This document shows, piece after piece, positions 49,822 to 58,372 of a DNA stretch of 64,000 nucleotides. The notes beneath the pieces are model-generated. The model saw nothing but the letters and a program-made list of their open reading frames with translations, was not told the DNA's origin and did no database searches. The first letter of the stretch is position 1. Each line of letters begins with the position of its first letter. The stretch covers positions 32,001 through 96,000 of the IMG/VR virus record IMGVR_UViG_3300047558_000238; one strand, given 5' to 3'. The DNA is from a virus. Both the position numbers and the translations under genes were made by a program.

Positions 49822-51097
49822 CCATCTCGGCGACTCTGCTTCGCTCTGACCTAGTTAGCTTGATGTGAGCAAATAATTCTTCACCCTTAAGCTTTTCTAC
49901 GACTGAAGCAATACCATCGTGACGACCAACACGTAGGTTATCGCGCTGGGCAACGTCGCTGCTAATAAATACTCTAGAGTTGTCACCAGTTCGGCTTAGT
50001 GCTGTGAGCAGCACATTGCGCTCTAGGTTTTGAGCCTCGTCCACGATAATAATCGTGTCAGTAAATGTACGTCCACGAATATGAGTTAGCGGGAGTACTT
50101 CAATGATTCCTCGGTCAATAACGTCTTCAATCACATTCTTTGACGTAAATGCACTTAGCGCATCGTATACTGCTGCTGCCCATGGGTTCATCTTCTCCGA
50201 CTCTGAGCCAGGGAGGAATCCTAGGTCTTGACCGCCTACTGCAAAGAGTGGACGGAATACAACAATCTTCTTGTGAGTGCGCTGCTCAATGACTGCTTCT
50301 AGTCCAGCTGCCAGTGCAAGCATACTCTTACCTGTACCGCCGCTACCACTCATCGAGACAATGCCGATCGAGTTGTCTAGTAGATGGGCTAGAGCAATTC
50401 TCTGCTCTGCAGATCTTCCTCGTACACCAAAAGCTTCCAGATCCTGCGGAATGAGCTCAAGAGCACCACTAGTGGTCACTCTAGCAATAGCCGATGATCT
50501 TCCGCTCTTTACAATTACTCCAGTATGTGCTGGAGTATCTAGCAAGTCTTCGCTGACTGAACTTAAACGGAGAGTCTTATTTTCATATAGCGAGTCCAGC
50601 ACCTCGCGGTCAACCTGAACTTGAACTAGCCCGGTGTATCCGGAATCAGGGAGAATATCTGCCTTATAGTCTTCGGCAACAATACCTGCAGCAGTAGATG
50701 CCAGTAGTCTCATTGGTAGGTCTTTGCTGACTAGTACTACTTTTCTACCTTGACCCGAGAGGGTTGCAGCCACGGTCAGGATGGCTGTGTCGTGAGAGTA
50801 GCTATCTCTAAGAGTCTCTGGTAGTAAGTTTCTATCGCCCTGCGATACTTCTACTCGGAGGGTTCCAGCTTCCGGGGTAACTACTACTCCAGTCTTAAGG
50901 TCTCCCTTAGAGGTTCTTAGTTCTTCTAAAGATCTAAGTGCTTGTCTTGCTAGGTACCCAATCTCTGGGTCATTCCTCTTGGTCTCTAGCTCTTTGATAA
51001 CAATCAGTGGCAGTACCACTTCATGCTCCTCGAAAGAAAAAATTGATTTTGGACTAGCTAGTAGAACGCTAGTATCGAGGATATAAGTAGTGACCAC
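49799..51097 (-). CDS. phoH: PIN-PhoH protein
   Basis: PIN 'ILDTSVL..SKD'; PhoH 'GSGGTGKS', 'LGFLPG', 'RGRTF', 'DEAQN', 'SERS'. Confidence 0.92.
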   Translation of the reverse strand: MVTTYILDTSVLLASPKSIFSFEEHEVVLPLIVIKELETKRNDPEIGYLARQALRSLEELRTSKGDLKTGVVVTPEAGTLRVEVSQGDRNLLPETLRDSYSHDTAILTVAATLSGQGRKVVLVSKDLPMRLLASTAAGIVAEDYKADILPDSGYTGLVQVQVDREVLDSLYENKTLRLSSVSEDLLDTPAHTGVIVKSGRSSAIARVTTSGALELIPQDLEAFGVRGRSAEQRIALAHLLDNSIGIVSMSGSGGTGKSMLALAAGLEAVIEQRTHKKIVVFRPLFAVGGQDLGFLPGSESEKMNPWAAAVYDALSAFTSKNVIEDVIDRGIIEVLPLTHIRGRTFTDTIIIVDEAQNLERNVLLTALSRTGDNSRVFISSDVAQRDNLRVGRHDGIASVVEKLKGEELFAHIKLTRSERSRVAEMVTRLLDE

Positions 51098-51158
51098 AAG
51101 CACTCTCTCGTATTGATACAATTGATACTGTCCATGTTACCAGCTTCTGGGAGATGCT

Positions 51159-51344
51159 TTGCCAACGTATGAATATAAGTGTTCTGAAAATTCTGCGCAC
51201 ACATATAAAGAGATTCGCGGAATGACTGAAGAAGCTACTCGTTCGATTTGCGCTGAAGAAGGTTGTTCCGGTAGACTGATTCGAGTATTCGGAACACCGC
51301 CTATTACCTTTAAAGGGTCAGGGTTTAGCGCTAAGCGAGGATAA
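51159..51344 (+). CDS. FmdB-family zinc ribbon protein
   Basis: 'MPTYEYKC...C...L.RVF..P.I.FKGSGF'. Confidence 0.8.
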   Translation: MPTYEYKCSENSAHTYKEIRGMTEEATRSICAEEGCSGRLIRVFGTPPITFKGSGFSAKRG

Positions 51345-51347
51345 TCT

Positions 51348-51650
51348 ATGCTGCCAAAGTCAACTCTTTCACTTGACTATCCTAAGTTTGAAGAGTTTGG
51401 GGCAGCCCCTTGTTCCGAAGTAGATCCAGAGATTTTCTTTGCAGAAGATCGTCTGCCTTCCGCGCCATCTGCATCTAAGCCAATCTATAGGCACGAGCAA
51501 GAAGCCAAAGCTACCTGTATCCGTTGCCCGTATCGTATGGATTGCTTAGACTACGCCCTAAAAAATGAAGATTTACAAGGCATTTGGGGCGGAACTACCG
51601 AGCAAGATAGGCGTAAACTACTACGTAATAGGCGTGCTCGACTGCTCTAG
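51348..51650 (+). CDS. whiB: WhiB family regulator
   Basis: 'CSEVDPEIFF...CIRCPYRMDC...GIWGG'. Confidence 0.92.
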   Translation: MLPKSTLSLDYPKFEEFGAAPCSEVDPEIFFAEDRLPSAPSASKPIYRHEQEAKATCIRCPYRMDCLDYALKNEDLQGIWGGTTEQDRRKLLRNRRARLL

Positions 51651-51742
51651 TGGGGCAGTAAACACAACTAATCTTGTGATACAATAGAAGTGCCTTGGGA
51701 GAGGTGGCGTAATTATTCGCACTCTAACTCCCGGGAGAACTT

Positions 51743-52123
51743 GTGGACATCACAAAAATCATATTTAAGAGATCTATTGCTCTTATCATCCTCCGCATTA
51801 GCGGAACTCTAGCTGCTGGTAGCATCGGTGGCGTCGAACTGTGGCAGTCAGCCCTAATCGCGGCATTCATTGGAATTATGGATGTTGCAGAATCGCTTTC
51901 TCGTTCATACGTTGTTGACGGTGACCTAACTGTAGCTGAGATCAATACTGCGTTTGCAAGCTCGGCAGAAGCAGAGCTTTCGGCAGCCGCAAAGGCATCG
52001 GAAGTTGCTGCTGTAGCTGCTGCACCTGTAGTTGCTACTGTTGCTGTTACTGCAGCACCACTAGATGAAGACGACGAAGACGTCGAGCTAGTGGATGATG
52101 AGGACGATGCTCCAACTGCATAA
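51743..52123 (+). CDS. Membrane protein (holin-like) with acidic tail
   Basis: Two hydrophobic helices; D/E-rich C-terminus. Confidence 0.55.
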   Translation: MDITKIIFKRSIALIILRISGTLAAGSIGGVELWQSALIAAFIGIMDVAESLSRSYVVDGDLTVAEINTAFASSAEAELSAAAKASEVAAVAAAPVVATVAVTAAPLDEDDEDVELVDDEDDAPTA

Positions 52124-52133
52124 ATAAGTCAGT

Positions 52134-52174
52134 AAAAGAATACCTAGGCATAATTTGCCTGGGTATTTCTTTTA
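52134..52174 (+). terminator. Terminator hairpin overlapping the next promoter
   Basis: AATACCTAGGCA-TAATT-TGCCTGGGTATT followed by TCTTTT; TTGCCT-N17-TACGCT overlaps. Confidence 0.7.
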
Positions 52175-52189
52175 TGCTACGCTTTTTGC

Positions 52190-52432
52190 ATGGATATTGA
52201 TTTCGAACAGTGGCTAGCACTAGGTATCAACAATGGTTGGTGTGGTCCTGCAGTATGTTACACTCATGACGGTTTACCTACTTCAGAGCCGGAAGACGCT
52301 GACTTTGAAGAGGGCGGCGATCCTTGTCTACACATCATCAGATTGTATGAAGATGACGAGAACAAGGCTGCTGTAGAAGCAAACCATTCTGCATCAATTT
52401 GGCGTGCAACTAATCGCGGAATTGATGTATAA
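52190..52432 (+). CDS. Hypothetical protein
   Basis: Leaderless start; 'WCGPAVCYTHDG..DPC.H'. Confidence 0.65.
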   Translation: MDIDFEQWLALGINNGWCGPAVCYTHDGLPTSEPEDADFEEGGDPCLHIIRLYEDDENKAAVEANHSASIWRATNRGIDV

Positions 52433-52463
52433 TTAAATCCCATACAATAAAGAAGGAATGACA

Positions 52464-52592
52464 ATGGCAAAAGGCAAGGGTGGAGCTCCAGCTCCTCAGA
52501 AGTCGACTACTGACCGCAAGAATGGGAAGGCTTCGAAGAAGCGTCCAAAAATCTTTGATGCAGTCAAGCGTCGTCTAGTGACTAAAAACTAA
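52464..52592 (+). CDS. 42-aa highly basic protein (not in the ORF track)
   Basis: RBS AAGGAA; MAKGKGGAPAPQKSTTDRKNGKASKKRPKIFDAVKRRLVTKN. Confidence 0.65.
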   Translation: MAKGKGGAPAPQKSTTDRKNGKASKKRPKIFDAVKRRLVTKN

Positions 52593-52600
52593 ACAGGTTT

Positions 52601-52673
52601 TGCCCTATAACTCAATTGGCAGAGTGACGAGCTGTTAACTCGTAAGTTCCTGGTTCGAGTCCAGGTGGGGCAG
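52601..52673 (+). tRNA. tRNA-Asn(GTT)
   Basis: Cloverleaf; anticodon arm ACGAG-CTGTTAA-CTCGT; T arm CCTGG-TTCGAGT-CCAGG. Confidence 0.92.
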
Positions 52674-52676
52674 CGA

Positions 52677-52807
52677 CTTACAACTGCGGTTCGTAATTGT
52701 TCAGCACCTCGCAAGAGATTAAGTTGTAAGCAACTATCTATAGAAGCCCGAAAGGGTCACTATTTATAGCAAAAAGGCTCGCCAGAGCCCGCGTATGCGA
52801 ATCTGGC
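52677..52807 (+). ncRNA. Unassigned structured RNA between tRNAs
   Basis: CTTACAACT/AGTTGTAAG stem; GNRA-capped hairpins CTC-GCAA-GAG and CCC-GAAA-GGG; GCCAGA/TCTGGC. Confidence 0.45.
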
Positions 52808-52811
52808 ACTT

Positions 52812-52882
52812 GCGGATATTGCATAGTGGTAGTGCCTCTGACTTCCAATCAGACGGTGCGGGTTCGATTCCCGCTATCCGCT
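52812..52882 (+). tRNA. tRNA-Gly(TCC)
   Basis: GCGGATA/TATCCGC acceptor; TCTGA-CTTCCAA-TCAGA. Confidence 0.92.
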
Positions 52883-52961
52883 CGGAGAGCCCCCTGAGGT
52901 TTTTAGCTAATTTATGGCGTTCATGGCCTGATGGGGGCTGCTCCTTATAACTAAATATCGA

Positions 52962-53306
52962 GGGGATGACTGGTTTCGACAGTCACCCGAAAAATTAGTG
53001 AAGCAAGCAGAGAAGCCTGTACCTCTTGAATCGGGCAAAGAAATAAATGCAAACTCACGTTCCGCATTCGCTCTAGCTGCGTAGCCTAGCTACAACGCTT
53101 CGGCCCCTAGCAAAGCACTAGTCCTAAGTGGGCAGCTAGGTTTTAAATAAGTAGGACAACTAGCATCACGGTAACGATTCAAGCCGCAATTGGATCTGAC
53201 TCGATGTCTGGCAGGTCAAACTTCGAGAATACAAGGAAAGCTGCCTAAGCTTGTAGAAGACTAGTTAAACGGTGATTGGACCGGGGTTCGATTCCCCGCA
53301 TCTCCA
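52962..53306 (+). ncRNA. ssrA: tmRNA, tag peptide ANSRSAFALAA
   Basis: 5' GGGGATGA..GGTTTCGAC; 3' T arm GGGGTTCGATTCCCC plus CATCTCCA; resume codon GCA at 53049 after ATAAAT. Confidence 0.95.
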
Positions 53307-53308
53307 CT

Positions 53309-53923
53309 TTAAAGAAGCTTCTCGATTTCTGAGCAAATGAGCTCATAAGCTTCTTCTTTAGTCATAGCCGGAGCGTCCCCTTCTTTAAGCGTAACTACGC
53401 CATTCTTTACGTTGTCATAGTAGTAGTCCAGTAGTGTTGAGTTGTGGAATCGCTCGACTACATTGCCATCTCTATCAACTAAAAACTTCTCGAAATTGCC
53501 GCCCATAGGGAAACCTTCTGGAGCTAATGCGGCATAAAGAGGGTGAGTCTCTCTATAGTTGTTTCGCTTCTCTCTCCAGACCTTATCTACTTGAGAAGTA
53601 ATCATCTCCGAAAAGTCGTAAGTAACTTGATAAGTATCTAGAGCGTAAGTTCTAGCATCATTGGCGCAGGTAATTCCATTCTCCCACTCGTCGTAGGTAA
53701 TGCCTGGCCCACAGAAGTCGTTAGTTGGTATAGCAACTACAGCGAACCCTCTGTCCTTGTACTTCTGATATATCTGCTCTAAAGGAGCTAACTGAGGAGC
53801 ATTACCGCAGTTGGCCGTGACATTTACAATCATGGTAACCTTGCCACGATATTTAGCTAAGAAGTTGTCTCTCTCGTCCCAAGACTTTAGGGGGATGTCA
53901 TATATAGAAGTAGAGTTAGTCAC
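53309..53923 (-). CDS. Glutathione peroxidase family protein (Cys type)
   Basis: 'YRGKV..IVNVTANCG', 'PTNDF', 'NFEKFLVDRDG..V.RF'. Confidence 0.85.
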   Translation of the reverse strand: MTNSTSIYDIPLKSWDERDNFLAKYRGKVTMIVNVTANCGNAPQLAPLEQIYQKYKDRGFAVVAIPTNDFCGPGITYDEWENGITCANDARTYALDTYQVTYDFSEMITSQVDKVWREKRNNYRETHPLYAALAPEGFPMGGNFEKFLVDRDGNVVERFHNSTLLDYYYDNVKNGVVTLKEGDAPAMTKEEAYELICSEIEKLL

Positions 53924-54030
53924 GATGTGGTAGTCCTTAGTCCGGGCACATCTCTGGTAGCGTTAAGCATTACCGAGATTGCTATTTCATAGTAAAATTT
54001 TACTCTAGATGTTTAACACCTATTGAGGAC

Positions 54031-54675
54031 GTGCTTGTGCCATACGATATGGATCCTGTGACTTTAGATAGCTATATCGACGATGCTATGGTTTCAGAAT
54101 TAGTCGAGTTTCTTGATCCGCTACTTAAGCCAACTCCACGAGATGGTATGCGTGGCGCTCTAGGCTATGAGACGTCTGAAATTGCAGCAGCAGTTGGTTC
54201 TACTATTCCAGCTATAGGTGGGTATGAAGGTACTGACCATGAAGAGACTGTAGCTAGGCTAGGGCAGCTATATCTTAAAGTTAGAGCATCTATGGAAGAG
54301 CATTTTGGGGTCGAGATGGATCTTGTCAACTGTAGCTATCAGGAGCTCACAAAAGGTGCAGGCAATCCTATGCACTCGGATAGCACTAAATTAGACGGAT
54401 CGCCGTGGCGAGATGACGGTATAGAAGAAGAGCTAGAGTTTTCTGCCCTAATTTATCTAAATACCTGGGGAGTTGACTTTACTGGTGGCGAAATAGAGTT
54501 TCCGCTACAAAATACTGTAATTAAGCCTAAAGCCGGTCAGCTTGTATTCTTCAGGGGTGACGTTGAACACCTGCATGAAGTAAAAACAGTAGAGAGTGGC
54601 GTACGTAAAAATTTAGTATTTTTCTACGGTAGGCGCGGAAATACTTCTAAAATTGGCCACTTCTTAAAGGACTAA
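54031..54675 (+). CDS. 2OG-Fe(II) oxygenase
   Basis: 'HSD', 'IYLN..DFTGGEI', 'HEV', 'R'. Confidence 0.88.
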   Translation: MLVPYDMDPVTLDSYIDDAMVSELVEFLDPLLKPTPRDGMRGALGYETSEIAAAVGSTIPAIGGYEGTDHEETVARLGQLYLKVRASMEEHFGVEMDLVNCSYQELTKGAGNPMHSDSTKLDGSPWRDDGIEEELEFSALIYLNTWGVDFTGGEIEFPLQNTVIKPKAGQLVFFRGDVEHLHEVKTVESGVRKNLVFFYGRRGNTSKIGHFLKD

Positions 54676-55034
54676 GCAGTTCCAGTAACATATCTACTTA
54701 GCATCTCGTATTCTGGATTTTTTGTAGCATATTCCTGAATTTTGTAGTACTGCTCAGCGATGATATTAGACATCTCATGCCACTGGTCCGGGTTTTCGAT
54801 TAGTGGGTGCCAAGTTGTTCCGTCAAAAACTGCTGGAGCTTCTTCTCCATACACGAGAACGTAGCCTAAGGTCTGGCCATTCTCTTCGAAGGGGCTAAAT
54901 AGAATGCGATCTGGGTCGTTCCATAGACGAGCTCCTCGCATGATGCCTGCACGTGGCTTAATCACAATGACTCCTTCGATATGTCTAGTAGCTATAGTTG
55001 CTTTTATTTTATATGTCTCTAGGTCAGTAGTCAA
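54672..55034 (-). CDS. Hypothetical protein
   Basis: 120-aa ORF filling the gap between two oxygenase genes. Confidence 0.55.
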   Translation of the reverse strand: MTTDLETYKIKATIATRHIEGVIVIKPRAGIMRGARLWNDPDRILFSPFEENGQTLGYVLVYGEEAPAVFDGTTWHPLIENPDQWHEMSNIIAEQYYKIQEYATKNPEYEMLSRYVTGTA

Positions 55035-55060
55035 CTATTTTATTGGAGTATACTCTAGAC

Positions 55061-55711
55061 ATGACTAACTTTACTCTAGAGCTAGAAGATTTTACTCAAG
55101 CTGGGCTGTCAGCTGAAGAGGTCTGCACAAATATTTTTGTTGTGCGTAATTTTTTGCTCCCTTCTGAGATTGATGCACTGATGGCGCAGTTCGAAAAAAT
55201 GTCAGAAGAAGATTGGAAGCGACAGTACACAGAGAGTCTGTACGAGTTTATAGCCACTCAGTATGGCGTAAATACGTTTGAAGAGGCTCAGGCGCTGGGG
55301 CACCGTATTGATATTGATTCTAACTGGGTAGATAAGAATGCTCTAATTGAAGACCGAGATATTTCTATTGCTCTTAGTAATCGACTAGGGGCTATCTTTG
55401 CGCCTCGTGCTGAGTTTGAGTTTCGAGGCGTAGGTTCTGTTCAGCGTCAATATGAAGGCGTAAAGTTGAATGAGCATCTAGACAGCGAGTCAAATCCTCT
55501 AGTTGCATACGCTTGCGTCATCTATGTGAATGATGATTTTACTGAAGGAGAGCTTAACTTTCCTCGACTCGGGTTTAAGTACAAGCCAGAAGCTGGTGCG
55601 CTAATAGTTTTTCCGTCTAAGCCTGAGTATCTACATGGCGTGCTTCCAGTTGGTCCAGGGCCTACTAGATACGCACTGCCAGCATTTGTGAACAAGAAGG
55701 TAGAAGAATAG
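55061..55711 (+). CDS. 2OG-Fe(II) oxygenase
   Basis: TATACT-N6-ATG; 'HLD', 'NDDFTEGEL', 'HGV', 'RY'. Confidence 0.88.
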   Translation: MTNFTLELEDFTQAGLSAEEVCTNIFVVRNFLLPSEIDALMAQFEKMSEEDWKRQYTESLYEFIATQYGVNTFEEAQALGHRIDIDSNWVDKNALIEDRDISIALSNRLGAIFAPRAEFEFRGVGSVQRQYEGVKLNEHLDSESNPLVAYACVIYVNDDFTEGELNFPRLGFKYKPEAGALIVFPSKPEYLHGVLPVGPGPTRYALPAFVNKKVEE

Positions 55712-55712
55712 T

Positions 55713-56411
55713 ATGCCAATTAATGTAGATGCCTTTACTTCTGCTGGGTATAAGGTAAAAGAGCTAGCTACTGAGGTCTGGGAAGTCGAAGACTTCATGG
55801 GTCAGGATGACATCCAAAAAATCTTTGAGTTTATCTCTACCCTCGCAGAAGAAGACTGGATTGGTCACTATATGGACCACCTCCGCGATAAGGCCGAGAA
55901 AGAGTTTGGTACTCGAGACATCGAGACTCTCCAGAAGGAGGGGAAGATGGAAATTACCTTCGACTGGGCAGACAAAAATATTAGACTTCCTGACTACGAA
56001 ATTCTAGACAGAATAAACCGTGGAATAGAGAGCATCATCTCGTATGACCCAAACCTGTACTTTACTGGAGCTGGCACTATCCAGCGTCAATATGAAGGGT
56101 CTGATCTCAAAGTTCATGTTGATAATCACGTAGACCCGTATGTTGCATATGCTGCAGTCATCTACTTAAACGATGACTATGCGTATGGAGAAGTGATCTT
56201 TCCCGAGCAAGGATTAGAGCTTAAACCAAAGCCTGGATCGATGTTAATGTTCTCGTCAGGAGAGACTCATCCGCATGGGGTAAACCCTCCTGGCCCTGGC
56301 CCGCTGCGATATGTTATTCCGTGTTTTATTAAGCAGCACGTCCTGCCTGAAGGGTTCATACATCAGCCGAGTGCCATGCACCTTAAGTATCAAACTAAGA
56401 AGAAGTACTAA
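55713..56411 (+). CDS. 2OG-Fe(II) oxygenase, tandem paralog of 55061-55711
   Basis: 'QRQYEG', 'HVD', 'YLNDDY', 'HGV..GPGP.RY'. Confidence 0.88.
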   Translation: MPINVDAFTSAGYKVKELATEVWEVEDFMGQDDIQKIFEFISTLAEEDWIGHYMDHLRDKAEKEFGTRDIETLQKEGKMEITFDWADKNIRLPDYEILDRINRGIESIISYDPNLYFTGAGTIQRQYEGSDLKVHVDNHVDPYVAYAAVIYLNDDYAYGEVIFPEQGLELKPKPGSMLMFSSGETHPHGVNPPGPGPLRYVIPCFIKQHVLPEGFIHQPSAMHLKYQTKKKY

Positions 56412-56451
56412 CTTTGTAGTATCCTAAGGTCTTGAAATCTAAGGAGACTGG

Positions 56452-56802
56452 GTGGGTAGGAAGAAAAAGGTAGTACAGTCTGGTCCACGGCCTAACGATG
56501 AATGGGTCTATTTGACTGAGATGCAGATTAATGGGCGCAATGTTACCAAGGGTACCGAACTAAAAATTTCTGGTGAGCGAGGTCGATTTCGCTTTGTTCA
56601 GTTTGTAAAAACTGATAAAGAAATTGAATGGATTGATGTCTGGGGCGGCCCTAAGGGTGCGGAAACTATGAGAAGCTTCAAACTAGATCGAGTAAAGCGC
56701 GTTCACTATAAAAACCAAACTGTTGGTAATCTGTCGCTTGAATATAAAGCAAAACGTGCTGCTATAAAAGCAGAAAAAGAATCCGAGACAACTTCTGATT
56801 AG
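56452..56802 (+). CDS. Hypothetical phage protein
   Basis: RBS AAGGAG; 'GERGRFRF..WIDVWGG'. Confidence 0.65.
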   Translation: MGRKKKVVQSGPRPNDEWVYLTEMQINGRNVTKGTELKISGERGRFRFVQFVKTDKEIEWIDVWGGPKGAETMRSFKLDRVKRVHYKNQTVGNLSLEYKAKRAAIKAEKESETTSD

Positions 56803-56880
56803 GAATAATCTAATAGTCCCTGTATACTAGAGATACCCCGAGCACGGGTTCTAACTAATACAAACACTGAGGAGCACAAA

Positions 56881-57312
56881 GTGTCTTTATCTTCACCAGT
56901 CCCTGAACGTATGGCCGCTAGAAAAGCCTACTGGGAGTACAATAAATACCGAGAACTACTTAAAAACATGGGAGACATCGAGCTAGTCCCGTTCGATGAG
57001 GTTGCAGACCATCTAGATATGGATCTAGAGTCCTGGCAGTCCGGATCTCTCTACCCTCTTCATCCTGTCTTTCTACTGGCAGAGCACTTTATGTCAGAAG
57101 ATGGTAGTGGTTATGAAAGGCCGTACGTTAATATCCACTGGCGTGGGAATACTATGCTTATTCCAGCGTACTCGGAGTACGGAGATGTATACCTTATTGC
57201 TTTAGGATTTCATAAAGGAGAGACAAAAACCGGACTTGTTAGGTTTATCAACCCTCCAACTGAAACTAAAGAAAAACTACTGGAGATTGTCCAGATGTAC
57301 GAGACGCGCTAA
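56881..57312 (+). CDS. Hypothetical protein
   Basis: RBS GAGGAG; 143-aa ORF. Confidence 0.6.
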   Translation: MSLSSPVPERMAARKAYWEYNKYRELLKNMGDIELVPFDEVADHLDMDLESWQSGSLYPLHPVFLLAEHFMSEDGSGYERPYVNIHWRGNTMLIPAYSEYGDVYLIALGFHKGETKTGLVRFINPPTETKEKLLEIVQMYETR

Positions 57313-57331
57313 GACAAGGAAAAAAAAGAAT

Positions 57332-57808
57332 ATGTGTAATGGTTCATGCAGATGTGGTAGAGCAGACGGCCCTACCGTTAATATTCAGCTAATCGATAAT
57401 GGTGTAGCTCCTGCGTACGCTAAAGCAGGGGATGCTGGTGCAGACTTAGTTGCTCGTGAAGAGGTTAGAATTCCAGCCCATCAGTGGGCACTAGTTCCTA
57501 CTGGAATCAAGATTGAGATTCCTGAAGGGTATGTGGGTCTAGTACATCCTCGCAGTGGTCTTGCTCTTAAGCAGGGCATCACTGTTTTGAATACTCCTGG
57601 AACTATTGATGCTGGCTATCGTGGTGAAGTTGGCGTTGTGTTATATAACGCTAGCCCTATTGACTTTACTGCTAAAGTTGGCGATAGAATTGCTCAGCTG
57701 GTTATCCAGAAAGTAGAGACTGCTAACTTTAAAATAGTAGACGCGCTAACTGATACTGATCGCGGATTAGGTGGATTCGGATCTACAGGTGTAGAATTGA
57801 ATAGCTAA
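57332..57808 (+). CDS. dut: Trimeric dUTPase
   Basis: 'GDAGADL', 'PRSGLA', 'GTIDAGYRGE', 'GDRIAQL', 'RGLGGFGSTG'. Confidence 0.95.
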   Translation: MCNGSCRCGRADGPTVNIQLIDNGVAPAYAKAGDAGADLVAREEVRIPAHQWALVPTGIKIEIPEGYVGLVHPRSGLALKQGITVLNTPGTIDAGYRGEVGVVLYNASPIDFTAKVGDRIAQLVIQKVETANFKIVDALTDTDRGLGGFGSTGVELNS

Positions 57809-57815
57809 ATAGCTA

Positions 57816-57889
57816 GGTCCTGTAGCTCAGTTGGTTAGAGCGCCGCCCTGTCACGGCGGAGGTCGACGGTTCAAGCCCGTTCAGGATCG
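57816..57889 (+). tRNA. tRNA-Asp(GTC)
   Basis: CCGCC-CTGTCAC-GGCGG; cloverleaf. Confidence 0.92.
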
Positions 57890-57894
57890 CGTTA

Positions 57895-57966
57895 GGCCTC
57901 ATAGTTTATCGGTTAGAACGCCGCCCTTTCACGGCGGAAGGGCGAGTTCGATTCTCGCTGAGGCTG
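57895..57966 (+). tRNA. tRNA-Glu(TTC)
   Basis: CCGCC-CTTTCAC-GGCGG; cloverleaf. Confidence 0.92.
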
Positions 57967-57984
57967 CGACACAACTAAATACTT

Positions 57985-58060
57985 GCCTCCTTAGCTCAGT
58001 TGGTAGAGCGCGATACTTGTAATATCGATGTCATCGGTTCGATTCCGGTAGGGGGCTCCA
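57985..58060 (+). tRNA. tRNA-Thr(TGT)
   Basis: CGATA-CTTGTAA-TATCG; encoded CCA. Confidence 0.92.
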
Positions 58061-58106
58061 ACAGGCAGAGATACTGTCTCGGAGGCATCTGAGATAAGTC
58101 AAACCT

Positions 58107-58189
58107 GGAGCTATAGTGTTAGGGGCAGCACGCGGAGGTCTGAATGCAGGACATAATCCGAAGCCTTGGTTCGAATCCAAGTAGCTCAA
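58107..58189 (+). ncRNA. tRNA-like RNA with expanded anticodon arm (Gln-like body)
   Basis: GAGCTA/TAGCTC acceptor, GTGT/GCAC D stem, CTTGG-TTCGAAT-CCAAG T arm; CGGA/TCCG encloses about 20 nt. Confidence 0.65.
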
Positions 58190-58205
58190 TTTAACTAAAT
58201 AATAT

Positions 58206-58293
58206 GGAAGCGTGGCCGAGCGGCCTAAGGCGGCAGTCTTGAAAACTGTTGTAGTGAAAGCTACCGTGGGTTCAAATCCTACCGCTTCCGCCA
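58206..58293 (+). tRNA. tRNA-Ser(TGA)
   Basis: GCAGT-CTTGAAA-ACTGT; long variable arm; CCA. Confidence 0.92.
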
Positions 58294-58367
58294 CGAGACT
58301 TAGCTCAGCCGGTTAGAGCAGCGGACTCATAATCCGTCGGTCGTGGGTTCAAGTCCCACAGTCTCGA
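58294..58367 (+). tRNA. tRNA with CAT anticodon (Ile2 or elongator Met)
   Basis: GCGGA-CTCATAA-TCCGT; paired 1:72 and no GGG/CCC run, so not initiator. Confidence 0.85.
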
Positions 58368-58372
58368 CTTGG

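Noticed and set aside
53309-53923. Selenocysteine GPx
   Set aside because: The active-site codon is TGC (Cys).
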